Below are positions 27,391-39,992 of a DNA stretch of 64,000 nt, one piece after another; the stretch's first letter is position 1, and every line of letters begins with the position of its first letter. The DNA is from Octopus sinensis (taxonomy: Eukaryota): NCBI RefSeq assembly GCF_006345805.1, contig NC_043004.1, forward strand, positions 31,434,001 to 31,498,000, given 5' to 3'. Under the pieces are notes generated by a model, which was not told the DNA's origin, made no database searches, and saw only the letters and a program-made list of their open reading frames with translations. Both the position numbers and the translations under genes were made by a program.

Positions 27391-27797
27391 AGATGGAAAC
27401 CGAAGATTTGTCACCTTTACCATTGACTTGAATGCTAAACATACTTCCCCAAGTCTTGTTTGCTTCACTTTCTTTCAGGAATGAACTACTTCCTTCAGCA
27501 CATTCTTTTTCTAAAGCCGGTTTCTTTAGATTCTTCAACAAAAACAAAGCACTTTAATCTGCAAGCAAGAATTTTTTTAAAAACTAGAAAAATGTTGGCA
27601 AATTGAAATCTCTTTGGAAGTGATGAATAAACCCTTAAAATATATATGGACAGACTGTATTCATATTGGAAAACAGGCAAATATACATAGGTGATAATGA
27701 AGAGCAATATATAGTCTTGTTAATCTGTCACTCTCTCAGAAATCAAGTTATGCTTAAATATATCTAGTAGCATCACCTTGTAACACTATGAGGTGTA

Positions 27798-27848
<51 letters not shown>

Positions 27849-28692
27849 CTGAATATGAAACTGCACATGCCAGCAATCACTTAACAACTGCACTATAGAG
27901 CAGCTGTTGATGGAATTTGTAGCCATAGCTGTTATACCAGATATTTTGACCTTAATGTTTGAGCATAATGACCTATGTACTGTTCTCACACTATGGCTGT
28001 GTTTGCAGCTGTAGTGCTAGTGTAACCAAGGTTACCAAATTAAATTCACAAAAACACCGAAGTTGCTGGAACAGAAGATGTAACTTACCATCACAAGAAA
28101 ATGGCGCAAACTAACTTTATAGATGAGATAGAAATCTCTTTGCTATAGTTGGAATTCATGCTGATTCATGCAAATATGTGCTGTTAGGACAAGGGTGGAC
28201 AGGGTGGGATGGTGTCAATAGGTGTTATAATCTTACTGATACAAAAGTTTTTCTGTAAAAGGATTGTTTTCAACTGAAAATTGTCTTCAAAAAGTTTTGT
28301 GATGTGGACTGGTCCTAAGATACAGAATACTGGAAACCAAATCACATTAAGTACTGAGAGATTCCAACTGTCAAAATTTGATTGCTAGTCTTGATCTTGA
28401 TAGTTCTGGTGAAATGTTTTTGTATGACATAGATAAATAAATGGAGTTAAACGCAGGTGTTATTCAAATCTTTATACTTCTGACATATGTTTCTTTGAAA
28501 CATATGTCGGAAGTACAAAGTTTGCAAGGATATATATAGAATATTCCATTCCTAATCAAATTGTTTATAATGTTCCTTTGGAGACCAAATTAATTTACTA
28601 AGTCCAGTATTGTTATGTCTAAATGTAGAGTAATGGTTAGATATTCTTTTGGAAAACTGAGATGAAGAACTACCTATATAAAAGAAGACAAC

Positions 28693-28895
28693 AGAACCGG
28701 AAGTAATTTTACATTGATAAATAGAGTTTCTAGTCTTAGAATTACTGCTAAGGAAATGAATGCAATTGGAATTTATATCAGAAATACTAATATTGTTTTA
28801 GCATTTCTGATATAAATTCCAATCACATTCATTTCCTTAGCAGTAATTCTAAGACTAGAAACTCTATTTATCAATGGAAAACTACTTCCGGTTCT
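28693..28895. repeat. Near-perfect 203-bp palindrome (arms about 93 bp)
   Basis: agaaccggaagtaatttt...atcagaaat [loop] atttctgat...aaaactacttccggttct. Confidence 0.9.
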
Positions 28896-29619
28896 CACAT
28901 CTTATTTGATAAGTAATTTTATAAGATTTTCTAAACGATGAACCTTTATTTTATTTTACATTATATATTTTTATATGCTTCCTATATTTTTACATTTTTC
29001 TATATATTTTTATATACCTATATATATATATATATTACTTTATACTATATTTTTATGTCTTACCTTCTAGGTGTTGTAATGGTTTTTTTAAAAAAATATA
29101 TTTTTCTTAATCGCTAAAGTATTAACTTTTAATTCACACATTTTTTCTTGCACTTTCTTATATGCTTGTACAGATGTATTATATTCCATCTTACGTGATG
29201 TCTAAATGTATTTTTATGATTAAATATTCGAGTTATGAAATGTTACTGGATGACCTTGCATTTGTTTGTTCTATAACTTTAGTTTGATATATATATACAT
29301 ATATATACACATATATATATATATATCATAATTATTATTTAACACCTGCTTTCCATGCTGGCATGGTTTGGTGAGCCAGAGGACTGCATTAAGCTACATC
29401 TGCTTTGTCATGGTTTCTAGATAGATGCCCTTCCTAATACCAACCACTTAACAGAGTGTACTGGGTGCTTTTTGCATGGTACTGGCATTGAGATTACATA
29501 CAAACAGACAGACATCTGTTTAGCATTAACTGTTGGAAGAAAGATTACTTAATACCATCATAGAGGTTTATAATAATTTTATTTTGGTCAAGTCAATCTC
29601 TTGCAACTCTGAAATTTGT

Positions 29620-30615
29620 CTGAAGACTCTGTGTTCTAACAGGTGAAACACAGTGTAATTAGAGACTGACTGAAGGGACACAGTAGGCATTCTGACTGCA
29701 TCCATATGCGGAATTTGTCTAACAACTGCAGGACAAGGTAAGGGAAGATCCGAGCTTTGGAGTTACCATCATAAAGCTGGCCCTGAATGAGGACTTTGCA
29801 ACCACTCATACAAGAGGCACAAGTGACAAATTCTGACAATCAAGGCTAAGGAGAATTGCGTGACGAAGGCAAAGAAGCTCTCGAATAAGCTGAGGTATCT
29901 CATTGAGCCAGTGATGATCTGATTCTTCACGACCAGTTGCATAACACCAAGAACAACAGGTTGTTTGTCTACAATCCATGTGATGTCCCATGTATCATGA
30001 AAACCAGGTTCCTCCAAACTGTGATAGTCTTTGGGTGTGTTTCCCACGAAGGTGACATCATGTCACCTCATATCTTTGAACAGGACCTTATACTCAATTC
30101 AGATGGCTATGTGAAGCTGCTGGGGACTGTGGTCACCCTCTGGCTGGAGAGGGTTGCTGCTGGAAAGCCATATATTTAGTAGCAGGATTTGGCTCTTTGC
30201 CAAAACTTCAGAAAGAGACAGAAATAGTTATCGGAGAACTTCTACGACTTCACCAGCCCCAATTTCAGGCTTCCCAATCCCCCTAATTGTAATCCCATGG
30301 ATTACTATGCGTGGGATGCAGTTGAGAAAGACACCAACTAGTCTTTCTGCAACACTAAGGCCGAGTAAGTGACCAAGATCAAGGAGGTGTTCAAAGAGCT
30401 TCCCGGAGACATAGTGAAGAAATGCTTGCAACACATGTTCTAGAGTCATCTTGAGGCAGTAGTGAAAGTTGAGGGCAACTATTTTGAATAAACTGTAATC
30501 TCCCAGCCATTATTTAGTTGATATTTTGTGATCTTTAAAAATATTTTAATTTTTGCATGAGATATTGATTTCTTTACCTTTTATGCAAACAGTCGAATTT
30601 AACCTGAACTCCCTG
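29620..30615 (+). mobile_element. Tc1/mariner-superfamily relic, maT-like (D,D37D), left end truncated
   Basis: TVIVFGCVSHEGDIMSPHIFE...WLERVAAGKPYI*QQD and a frameshifted NPMDYYAWDAVEKDTN. Right TIR-like end agtcgaatttaacctgaactccctg. Confidence 0.8.
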
Positions 30616-30858
30616 TGTGTGTGTGTGTATACATATATACAGATAGTGACAGGCAGATAGATGGAAGAGTGTGTGTGACATAACTACACATATTTTGAAA
30701 GAATACAAAAAAGAGAATCTTCTCTAATCATACTCTAAAATAGTAGGACATGTCTGGTCAAGAGATGGGAGATAGATGGAACTCAGTGATGGGTAGCTTA
30801 ATTTGGAAATTCTCATACCAAAAGTTGCCAGATAGAGTTGCCACTGAGGACAAAGGAA

Positions 30859-31270
30859 GGATCTTTTCGGTTTGAACGGCAGTTTTTTAAAATAATTTCC
30901 ATGTAACTAAACACTTTTAAACTTCGTATACTGGTAGAATGTGTTTATAAAACATATTTTTCTCTTGGCTTTATTGAGAAAATTCTATGGTTTGTAAGAT
31001 ATTTGTGTTTTTTTCTTCTTCAATTTCTGCAATTTCAACCAATCAATGACGTCTATTAAGGTGAAAACATTTTGTGCCGTATGGATATGTCCCTTGTTTA
31101 AGAAACAGATTGGGTTTATTTACATTTGTGAAGAAAAAAAGATACCCTTCCCCCCATTCCTAACCCTAAAACAGATTGAAATGCAACAGATCGATACTAG
31201 GGTCATAATTATGGGTGACAATTTCATATGACACCGCTAGAAAAAACTGCCGTTCAAACCGAAAAGATCC
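30859..31270. mobile_element. MITE with GG-initiating TIRs and a perfect 8-bp TSD (Merlin-like)
   Basis: TIR GGATCTTTTCGGTTTGAACGGCAGTTTTTT and its reverse complement. CAAAGGAA is duplicated at 30851-30858 and 31271-31278. Confidence 0.85.
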
Positions 31271-33299
31271 CAAAGGAACAACGTTGCTTTGCTGAAATTC
31301 TCATATATGAGATCACTGTTGAGTGACATAAGAGAGTAGTTCTGCAGTAGGTCTGGCATTTGAGTAACTGTATTGGTGATTACTGAACAGGGAGAGAGAC
31401 TCAAGATGAATGCGTATAATAGGGACTGGCAAACCTCTTAAATCATTCATCCCTTTCATGGAATTTTAGATAAGTTATCAATCTCCCATCATGTAAATTT
31501 AAAAAATTAATTTACAAATTGCTACGAGCATGCTGGCTTTCATCAGTAGGTGGTTCCGCTGAAGCTTGTGGTGTGCGACCAGTCGAAGCGCTTGGTGCTG
31601 TATTGTTGTTTTTTTTCAAAGACAACTGTATTCAACAGAAATGATACACGGAGTTGGAGCTTCAGAATAAGTTTTACTTGGTTATATTTTATTCTCAGTA
31701 TCATTAAGCAAAGATGTATCTGCGATAAAAAAAAAATTCACCATAAATGATTTGCAAAGTATAATTAATAAAAAAATTTCTTGATTTACAAACCACAATT
31801 CCTTCGTTCTTCTTTGTCATTGCAGCTTTGCAATACATATTTAAATAAATTTAATTAAAATACTTAGTGAAATTGGTAAATAATAATAAAAATTCAGTCA
31901 AACTGATATAGTCGGAATATTTAATGACAAATATGTAATGGTGGAATATTAGTTATTGCACAGATATTTGGCAGGAAAATAGCAGGTTCAAACCTAAATT
32001 CACTAATAATTCATCATCATCAGTGCCCCAAATCGTTTCCGGCGTTTATCGGTTCCTTGTACAGTCACATGGACATCCATCCATCCAGCGATCGATACTA
32101 ACACTCTTAACCGACCCCTGGCTTTCATCAGTATCAGTCGAAGCTCCTGTCTTTAAGTTTGGCGAAGTGTAATAACAGGTTACTAAAATGTGTTGGTGTC
32201 TCAACACTATTTGACGTAATGTTGCAAGCCAACAAAACGCCTTTACGTGGTCGTTTCATTTGTTAGAAAAAGCAGCAGAATTCCCCTAAATATCTATTTC
32301 TTTAGATCCCCTAAATATCAAATCCTTATAAACGACGGAACGGTCACGACTGGAGCGTCTTCGATAATAAATCGGTAGCAGTCCTCCTTATGTTGGAATT
32401 TCTCCGTTTTTGTCGGGAGTTTTTCCAGTTTTTTTTTGTATCCTACATTGCAAAACAATGGGAGAAGCCTTTTTAAAAAAAAAAACATTTTATTCCATGT
32501 TTTTTTTAAGCGTCCGCCTACATTTTATTCGCTGTGCATTTACAACAGCACACACCACTAAAAATGTTTTTCGTCGTTTTATTGTATTTCACATTTTTGC
32601 ACAGTCAGGACTAATTTAGAGTTAAACAACCATCTGCGGGAATTTATAGAGAATTAAATGTCCTTTACCCTACAATCTGTTTACAACAGTATTAATGAAT
32701 TAAACAAGTCCCACCCCTAAGTAGATAATTAGTTAAAACTTTCCTTTTCCCTGTCACTAATATTCCCTGAGAACGATCACTACTCAGTTACCAGCCACTG
32801 AAACTCCCGGGCTTTAATTCCAATTAAAGAAATATCAGATGAATTCATTTAAAGTAATGTTATATTTTAGGCTGCTTCTGTTGATAAATTTTTTAATAAA
32901 ATTAATTACCAAGTGAAACTATTTTCCGATAAATTTCAAGAGGGAATTATGAAAATAAATTGAAAACCTTAAGAAGAAAAAAACATATTAAGTCAGTATA
33001 AACCAAAGTCACTTTAAAATAGTTATTAAAAGTAAATGAAATATACGAAGGAATATTGGTGTCTTTATATTTTAGTGAATTACGTTGTGTCAGCAATATA
33101 AAGCTAGTTCAACTAAGAAAATATTAGACAGAAAAATAGACGGCTAACATAAAGAAAATAGCATCTACGTATTTTGTTATCGATATAGTTGCAAAAAGTA
33201 GAAAGACTAATTAAACAAAAAGTTATTAAATTTAATAAACGTCGTGGTTTTTTTTGTAAATGTTATCAAACTCGTGCTAACATTAATTAAGCTTTGTGA

Positions 33300-33315
33300 T
33301 AATTTCGCGCCATTT
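33300..33315 (+). promoter_or_regulatory. E2F-type site (TTTCGCGCC) overlapping a YY1-like CGCCATTT upstream of the RNASEH2B ATG
   Basis: Motif lies about 70 nt upstream of the ATG in a CpG-retaining region (about 31500-34900). Confidence 0.45.
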
Positions 33316-33378
33316 CACTCCTCCTCGCTATTCACCGTGTTCTCCTTCTATGGTGAAGTTCGAAGTGCAACTCTCAGC

Positions 33379-33445
33379 ATGCCGAAAACAGAGATGGAAG
33401 CTTTCCTAGATGATGGTCCCAAACAATACTTTATGTTGATTGACA
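33379..33445 (+). CDS. RNASEH2B: RNase H2 subunit B coding exon 1 (MPKTEMEAFLDDGPKQYFMLID-K)
   Basis: ATG in a CpG-rich region, GTAAGA donor at phase 1 that joins in frame to 40915. KQYFMLI corresponds to the RQHVFLV strand of RNASEH2B. Confidence 0.8.
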
Positions 33446-35730
33446 GTAAGAAAAACAATGACATATATTTTATTTTGTACTGAAATGCTTATCACAGCCT
33501 TTTCTTACGTAACATTAACACTGTTGTCATTTTTAGCACCAGGTCAGCTTCCATCTAGCAGTTCTATGATCAAAGGTGTATTCCAGCCACGAACATCCCT
33601 CTTGAAGTACCTTATGCTATGTTTTTTGTTTTTCTTTTCCAAGACCGTAGGGTTTGATCTAAGGAGATTTGGTGGCGGATTTTTCAAGTAATTCGAGCGC
33701 CTACGTCCAAACTCCCTCGTTTGTTGTAAGCCAGCTGGAACGTAACCTTCGTAAATACACCGCTGACGAATAATTGTAGTGTTTTAAGTTATACAAAAAC
33801 TCCAGGCATGATTAAAGTATTTTATGATTAAAAAATTAACTAAAAAATGTTTGGTTTTTTTGATGACCGTGTAAAGATGTAGTCTGGATGTCTTATGCCT
33901 ATTTGGTTTAGCATACAAAACAATATGTCTCATATTTGAAAAATAATCAGAACTTCAGTTAAAGCCTTAAATATTTTGTTTTTTATAACTAGAAAATAAA
34001 TGAGTTTTATTTTGCTGGGAGAATATTATGGTTTTGAAGTGAATTTGAAGTAAACAATAATGTTGAGATAAAAAAGAAAAAAACTTTTAAAGGGAAATTC
34101 ATTAATGTCATTACTTTCGTCCATTAAGTATTTTCCTTGTTTTTGGAAACGGAATCGAAAAAAAAAATGTGCAACGAGTGTAAAAAATGTGTAGGAAATT
34201 CCCAAGATCCGAGTATTCCCCTCATAACTTTTAGGAAAATGGTTTTTTTTTTTTAAATGAAATTTTATATAAATACCTTTCAAACGGCATAGATTACGAT
34301 TATAAAGAAATTTGTGGGTAAACTCTTTTCTGGAGAGTTTTTCCCTTGTAATATTTTTAGGAAAATGGTTTTTATTTAAATGAAGTTTTATATAAATACG
34401 TTTCATTACGGATGCCGTGTCGCAAACCTCTTATTTTTGTTCGGAAAAAAGGGGTGTGTGAGGAAAACCGGAATTATTGGATGAATGAATTACGATGACC
34501 TAGTATGAAAGAAAACACTTTTTTGTCCGGAAAGCGGGGGCTGTTTCTTTCTTTAAAATTTCGTTAAAATTTTACAAGTGCACCTTTACCATAACTAGGA
34601 ATACGAAGAAATTTTTTCCAAAAAAATGCATTTTTGAAGGTGAGGTGCGAAACTGCATTAGCCCATTTTCTTTACCCATATTTTAAGATAACATTTTGCA
34701 GAAATACGTTTTCTAGAGTGTGAATTACATTAGAGTGAAAATTCAAACGAGTTTGAAAAGAATAATATTGGAAATGTTGAAGTTATAAAAATTAGTGGTA
34801 ACGAAGTCTGGACAGGAGAGAGAAGAATGATACAAAATCATAAAAACCACGTTGGTATTTGTGTGTGTAAAACATGTAAAAGTATATTAAAACAAAATAT
34901 CTTTCACATACCTCTTAAAAATCTATGGATATATTGATCCCTGATTGCAGATTGTGGCATATTAGGTCACCGTAATGCATTCATCGGAAAAAAGAAAAAC
35001 ATTTTCCAATAATTTCGGTTTTCCACCCACTTTTTTCCGAACAAAATTAAGGCGTTTGTGGCACATTAGGCATCCATATAATACATGCTTTTTGAAAGGT
35101 ATATACAATTTCATTAAAAGATATTCATTTTCCTCAAAGTTATGGGCGAAAAAATTGGGCCTTGTGAATTTTCCGAAGTCCTCTCCCCACCCCCTCGGAA
35201 AAGATTTTACCCTCAAATTTCTTTATAATCATAATCTACAGGAATTTATATACAATTTCATTAAAAAAAAACAATTTTCCTAAAAGTTATGAGAAAAAAA
35301 CTCGGATCTTGTGAATTTTCCGAAGTCCTCTTGCCACTCTCACCCCCATTACTTTCTGCACATTTTCGTTTTCAGATTCATTTTCTACACATTTTTTTTT
35401 TACACCAGTTGCACAATCTTTTCTTTTCGATTTCGTTTCTGGATAATATTGTAAACATTAATCTTAATATTTAAAAAACAAAACAAGGAAAATACTTAAA
35501 CATTAACCAATGTTAATATTGATGCACATTTAGTTCTTTCCTTTGTGGTTGTTGGGAATTACATCCATTCTTGTAAATATCATTACAACGTTGGAAATTA
35601 TAGTTTCTTGGAGCTGCATATTTAATCATGAGGAGGACAATAACTCTACATAAGTACTGACTCAGATTATGCCAATCTTTCCAATTCATGCTAGCAGTGA
35701 AAAGTGATGGGTACTGACAATGACATAGAG

Positions 35731-38500
35731 CAGTGGTTCTCAAACTTTTTACTATCTGAGCTAAATCCAAAACTTGGATTTTTTTAGGGGGCTGCATCAA
35801 AAAAGTAAAACAAGTCATTTAAAGAAAAATTTATTTTCTTTATAGAGGGAAGACTGTAACAAAACATAGAGCAATGGAATATAATGTGAAACTTGCTTTT
35901 TGCTTTCAACTTTGAACTAGTTTGTCAAAACAAGGGTTCATGGTGGAAGATGTAGTATGCAAAAGCTGATTGATATGATGGGCAGTCAGTGGGTTGCCAT
36001 ATTTTGTTTTGGATACCCACCAGTTTACTGAAAGGCGCTTCACTCACATGTTGAACCAAACACCCAAAGGTATTTTTCTGTGCATTAGGACATTTCCCCT
36101 GTGGGATTCAACTCCAAAAGTCAAGTAGTAGATTAGCCTTGAAAGCAGACATCAGCTCCACATTTGACTGCAAGTCTAGGAGCTTCATTTGAAATTCAAC
36201 AGGATTGGTGACCGCATCTATCTCCAAAGGTGCTTAAAATATTTTCTTCAAGAGCAGGAAATCTTGATGTCATAAATATGGCATTCAAGTTCATCTATCA
36301 AGTCACTAATGATTCTGTTGCATGATTTGTTATTGTGCTCAGAAAATAAGGGGAAATGGGATGTAGTGCCATATGCAATTTGCATCTTCCAAAAGTGAAG
36401 CTTTGCAATGAAAGTACACACTGCTGCACAATTCATGTCAGAACTTGTCCTTTCCTCAAAGGGCACAGTTCGAAGCCAGAAAGTGTGTGGTGATATCAAT
36501 CATGAAAGCCAAATCAGCAATCCATTCTTTGTTGCCAAGCTGAGGGAAGATTATCTTCCCTTCAACAAAAACTTTGATTTTTGAGAGAAGTTTCTAGAAC
36601 TTATTGAGACATGTGACACAGCTTAACCACCAAACAACAAGTGTACATGAGCATGTCTCCATTATGATGGTTCAGAGCTTTTCTTAAATTCAATTTATGA
36701 TTGATATTGCGGCCTCTGTTACATTGGCCATTTTCAGTGACTTAGCAATGATATTTCCCTGGTTTATAATGTAGTGGTGTCATTTCACAGGAATAAGGTC
36801 GTCTTCTGCTTACCATCTGGCAGTGAGTTCTTGAAGACTTTGTTTCTGTCCAAGTATAGAAGGACCTCCATCTGTGGTAAACGAAAACAGCTTTGATAGA
36901 TCCAAATGTGCTTATTATAGGGCTTGCATAAAATTCACAGAATATTTTTGTCCCTTTTGTTGAGCCATGAATGGATCACAATGTGAGAAATTCTTCATAA
37001 ATCTGGAAGTCTGACATGACTCCTCTGATGAATGCAACTAATTGCTCTGAACTAGTAATATATTTTGTGCTGTCATGAACAGTAGAGTAGCAAACAAAAT
37101 CCCTTGGCTTACTGGGAAACTGATCATGTAGGTCACTAGATGTGTATTCAACTCAAGTTACTGTGTTCTTGCCAAGTTGTATTTTCTTAGCCTTTTATTG
37201 AATCTTAGAATGAAATATCTCAGTGAACACAACAATAGCTTGTTTCATGATTTCACCATCTAAATGCAGCTTCATATGGCAAGCCAGAAGGTGGCTAATC
37301 CTGTATGATGCCATTGTTATGTCTTTAGATCACTTACGTCATCATCATCATCATCCTTTAGCATCTGCTTTCCATGCTGGCATGGGTTAGACAGTTTGAA
37401 TGGAACTTGTTAGCCAGAGAGCTGCACCAAGTTATGGTCTGATTTGGCATGGTTTCTATAATTGGATACCCTTCCTAAACCCAACCACTCCAAGAGTGTA
37501 ATGGGTGCCTTTTATGTGCCATCAACACAGGTGCTTTTTTGTGCCACTGGCATGAGTGCTAGCATTGGCACCAGCATTGGCCATAACTACGATTTCACTT
37601 GGCTTGACAAGTCTTCTCAAGCACAGCATATCAAAGGTCGTGGTCACTTGTCATTGCCTCCATGAGGCCTAATGTTCAAAGATCATGCTTCACTATCTTG
37701 TCCCATGTCTTCGTGGGTCTACCTCTTCCACAGAGTCCTTCCACCATTAGAGATTGGCTCTTCTTTACACAGCTGTCCTATCCATATGCATCACATGGCC
37801 ATACCAGTGCAGTCATCTCTCTTGCACACCACACCCGATGCTTCTTATGCCCAAATTTGTTTTGCTTTGTGTGTGCTGACTTTAAGAATTCCAACTTTCT
37901 TTGCCTTGATTCTTCTTGGTAGCAATCATGTTCTGCAGAATGAGTTTTGTAGTGCCTCTCAGCATTAAACAACATCAAACTCTTTATTGCCACAGGACAG
38001 AGAAGGCAGAGTGCCTTGTTGCTCTTTACTTCCCTATTGGTCTGAAATGCACAGTTGTTTTGCATAAGTGTACAAGCTTTCTTCAAAGGTAGTTCTGCCA
38101 TGGCAGTGAGTGATAATTAATGCACTGAGGAAAGAATAAATAACAACTGACTGAGTGGCTTCTAGCTTTTCCAACACTGGTAATTGAAGGTCATAGCACA
38201 TGCAGATCAATAATGCTCATTTATTGTTCTGTGATTGATCTGTCTATAATCATTTCATGCCAGTGTGTGCATGCATGTGTGACTCTGTCCATATTAAAGT
38301 TGTAGCAAGCTCAAGTCAATGAATGAAGGAAAATAGTGCAACTTCAGGTGAAAACAGACTTTTGCTTGATATCTTTCAAAACATTTTAGTTTTGGTACTA
38401 GTAGTTCTGAATATGCATGAAAACTTTCTAAATCAGAAGTTTTTATTATACTTTAAAAAAAATGTCAAGAATGTTTGAAAGCCATGGTTGAAAAGCACTA
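35731..38500 (-). mobile_element. Decayed hAT Buster/GTF2IRD2-like transposon with an internal SINE insertion (about 37339-37800)
   Basis: TIRs CAGTGGTTCTCAAAC / GGTTGAAAAGCACTA. TSDs ACATAGAG / ACTTAGAC (NNNTANNN). ORF 37778..38101 shows ALCLLC...NAERHYKTH BED-like finger. Confidence 0.82.
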
Positions 38501-39489
38501 ACTTAGACAATTCAAGTCTGAAACAATGAACTGGGAAACAGCCACATCAAAAGCCAAAACAAGGGAGAATATTAGTATTTCTAACCATGATATCTTCACA
38601 TGTAAATACTGTTGTTAGAAAGGCAGATGGAAAACTATTGCAGCTGCTACTTCTCAGAAGTGATTTGCTTTTGTGGCAGGTGGGAGTATAGACATAACTG
38701 CAGATAATGTCCAGTAATGAAAACCATCTGTCACAAGCATAAAAAAAAGGCCATTTATATATGTGTTAATCTTATAATAAATCAATAAGGTGTCATATAA
38801 ACCAGGTAATGGTACTAATTTTCAATGCATTAATTTCTTCAACTTTGTTTCATTAATATTGTAATTAGCAATCAGTCTGTGCAAGATTCAGTGCTGTTAT
38901 TATTAAGTGGAATTGTTTAACCATTAATCCTTCTGATACTCATTTGTTTGAGACTGTCTTGGTTTTATCATACAAATTCCTTGTTTTAAAGCGATCTGAT
39001 TTAAAACCTTCCATCAAGTTTTGTGTTAAATTATGTACCAAGTACCAGCTTAATAAGAAAATTGTTTTATTAACTCTTTCATTACTTTTGAAATTAGGTG
39101 AAATAAAGGTTGTGTGAGAGAATAAAAATGTATAAACTAGGTTTGTTAACCCTTTTAATACCAACCATCTAAAATCACCCTTCCTGTTTTAAAATATTCT
39201 AATTTAAAATCTTCAGTTTGATTTATATGCCAAACACCAGCTTAATAATGACAGTTTCTATACTAAATTCTTCAATATTTTCAATGTGAACTGAAACAAT
39301 GAAGTATATTTAAACAAAAATATGGCAACAAAAGGGCTAAAGGAATGTGAGAACCACATCATCTTTTTAACAAATGTAATAGCCAACTTGATAATACAAT
39401 TCAATAAGAATGTCATCATTTAAAAACAATATTAACCAAGTTCCCCTATTCAGATCTTTGAAACAACTCATGCTTTGTTTATGAGATAT

Positions 39490-39992
39490 TACTGTATATG
39501 CTCACAGATAGGTCACACCCTTAGTTTGGGGTTGTCAAAGTAGGCATTTGTGGTTGACTTGCAGATAGGTTGCACTATAATCTGGGGAGTTACATGGCCC
39601 TTTTTTAACGTAAAGTTTCTTTCTGCAGATATGTTTACATGTTCTTTTGCATAACCCACCACTTTCAACTTAAAGCCTACTGCATAACTCTTTCTTTTAC
39701 TTATGATTAGGGTTTGCAATTATTATAATTTTTAACTAAAAATCGGAATGAATCGATGTCAAAAAGACCAATATGCAGACTTCCTGCTTCCGCTTTCTAG
39801 TAAACAGACATCACAAAAATGTTTGCATAACTTGAAAACTGAAAAGCCCAAGCCCAGGGTACATGCCTGGACTACTGATATGCTGCCATCTACTTCAGTT
39901 CCCTGTGATGTTGATTTGAAAGGTTGCACTCCTGATTTTTATTGAAATTTGTGTTTAAAAAAAATTGCAACCTATCTGCAAATATATACAGT
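39490..39992 (-). mobile_element. pogo/Tigger-like relic
   Basis: KRKSYAVGFKLKVVGYAKEHVNISAERNF (HTH-psq-like N-terminus) in ORF 39513..39719, with TIR-like ends. Confidence 0.6.

Noticed and set aside
31530-32145. CTGATGA motifs as hammerheads or C/D snoRNAs
   Set aside because: There is no GAAA closing a stem II, no convincing terminal stem or D' / C' boxes, and no host intron. Kept only as an unexplained motif pair.
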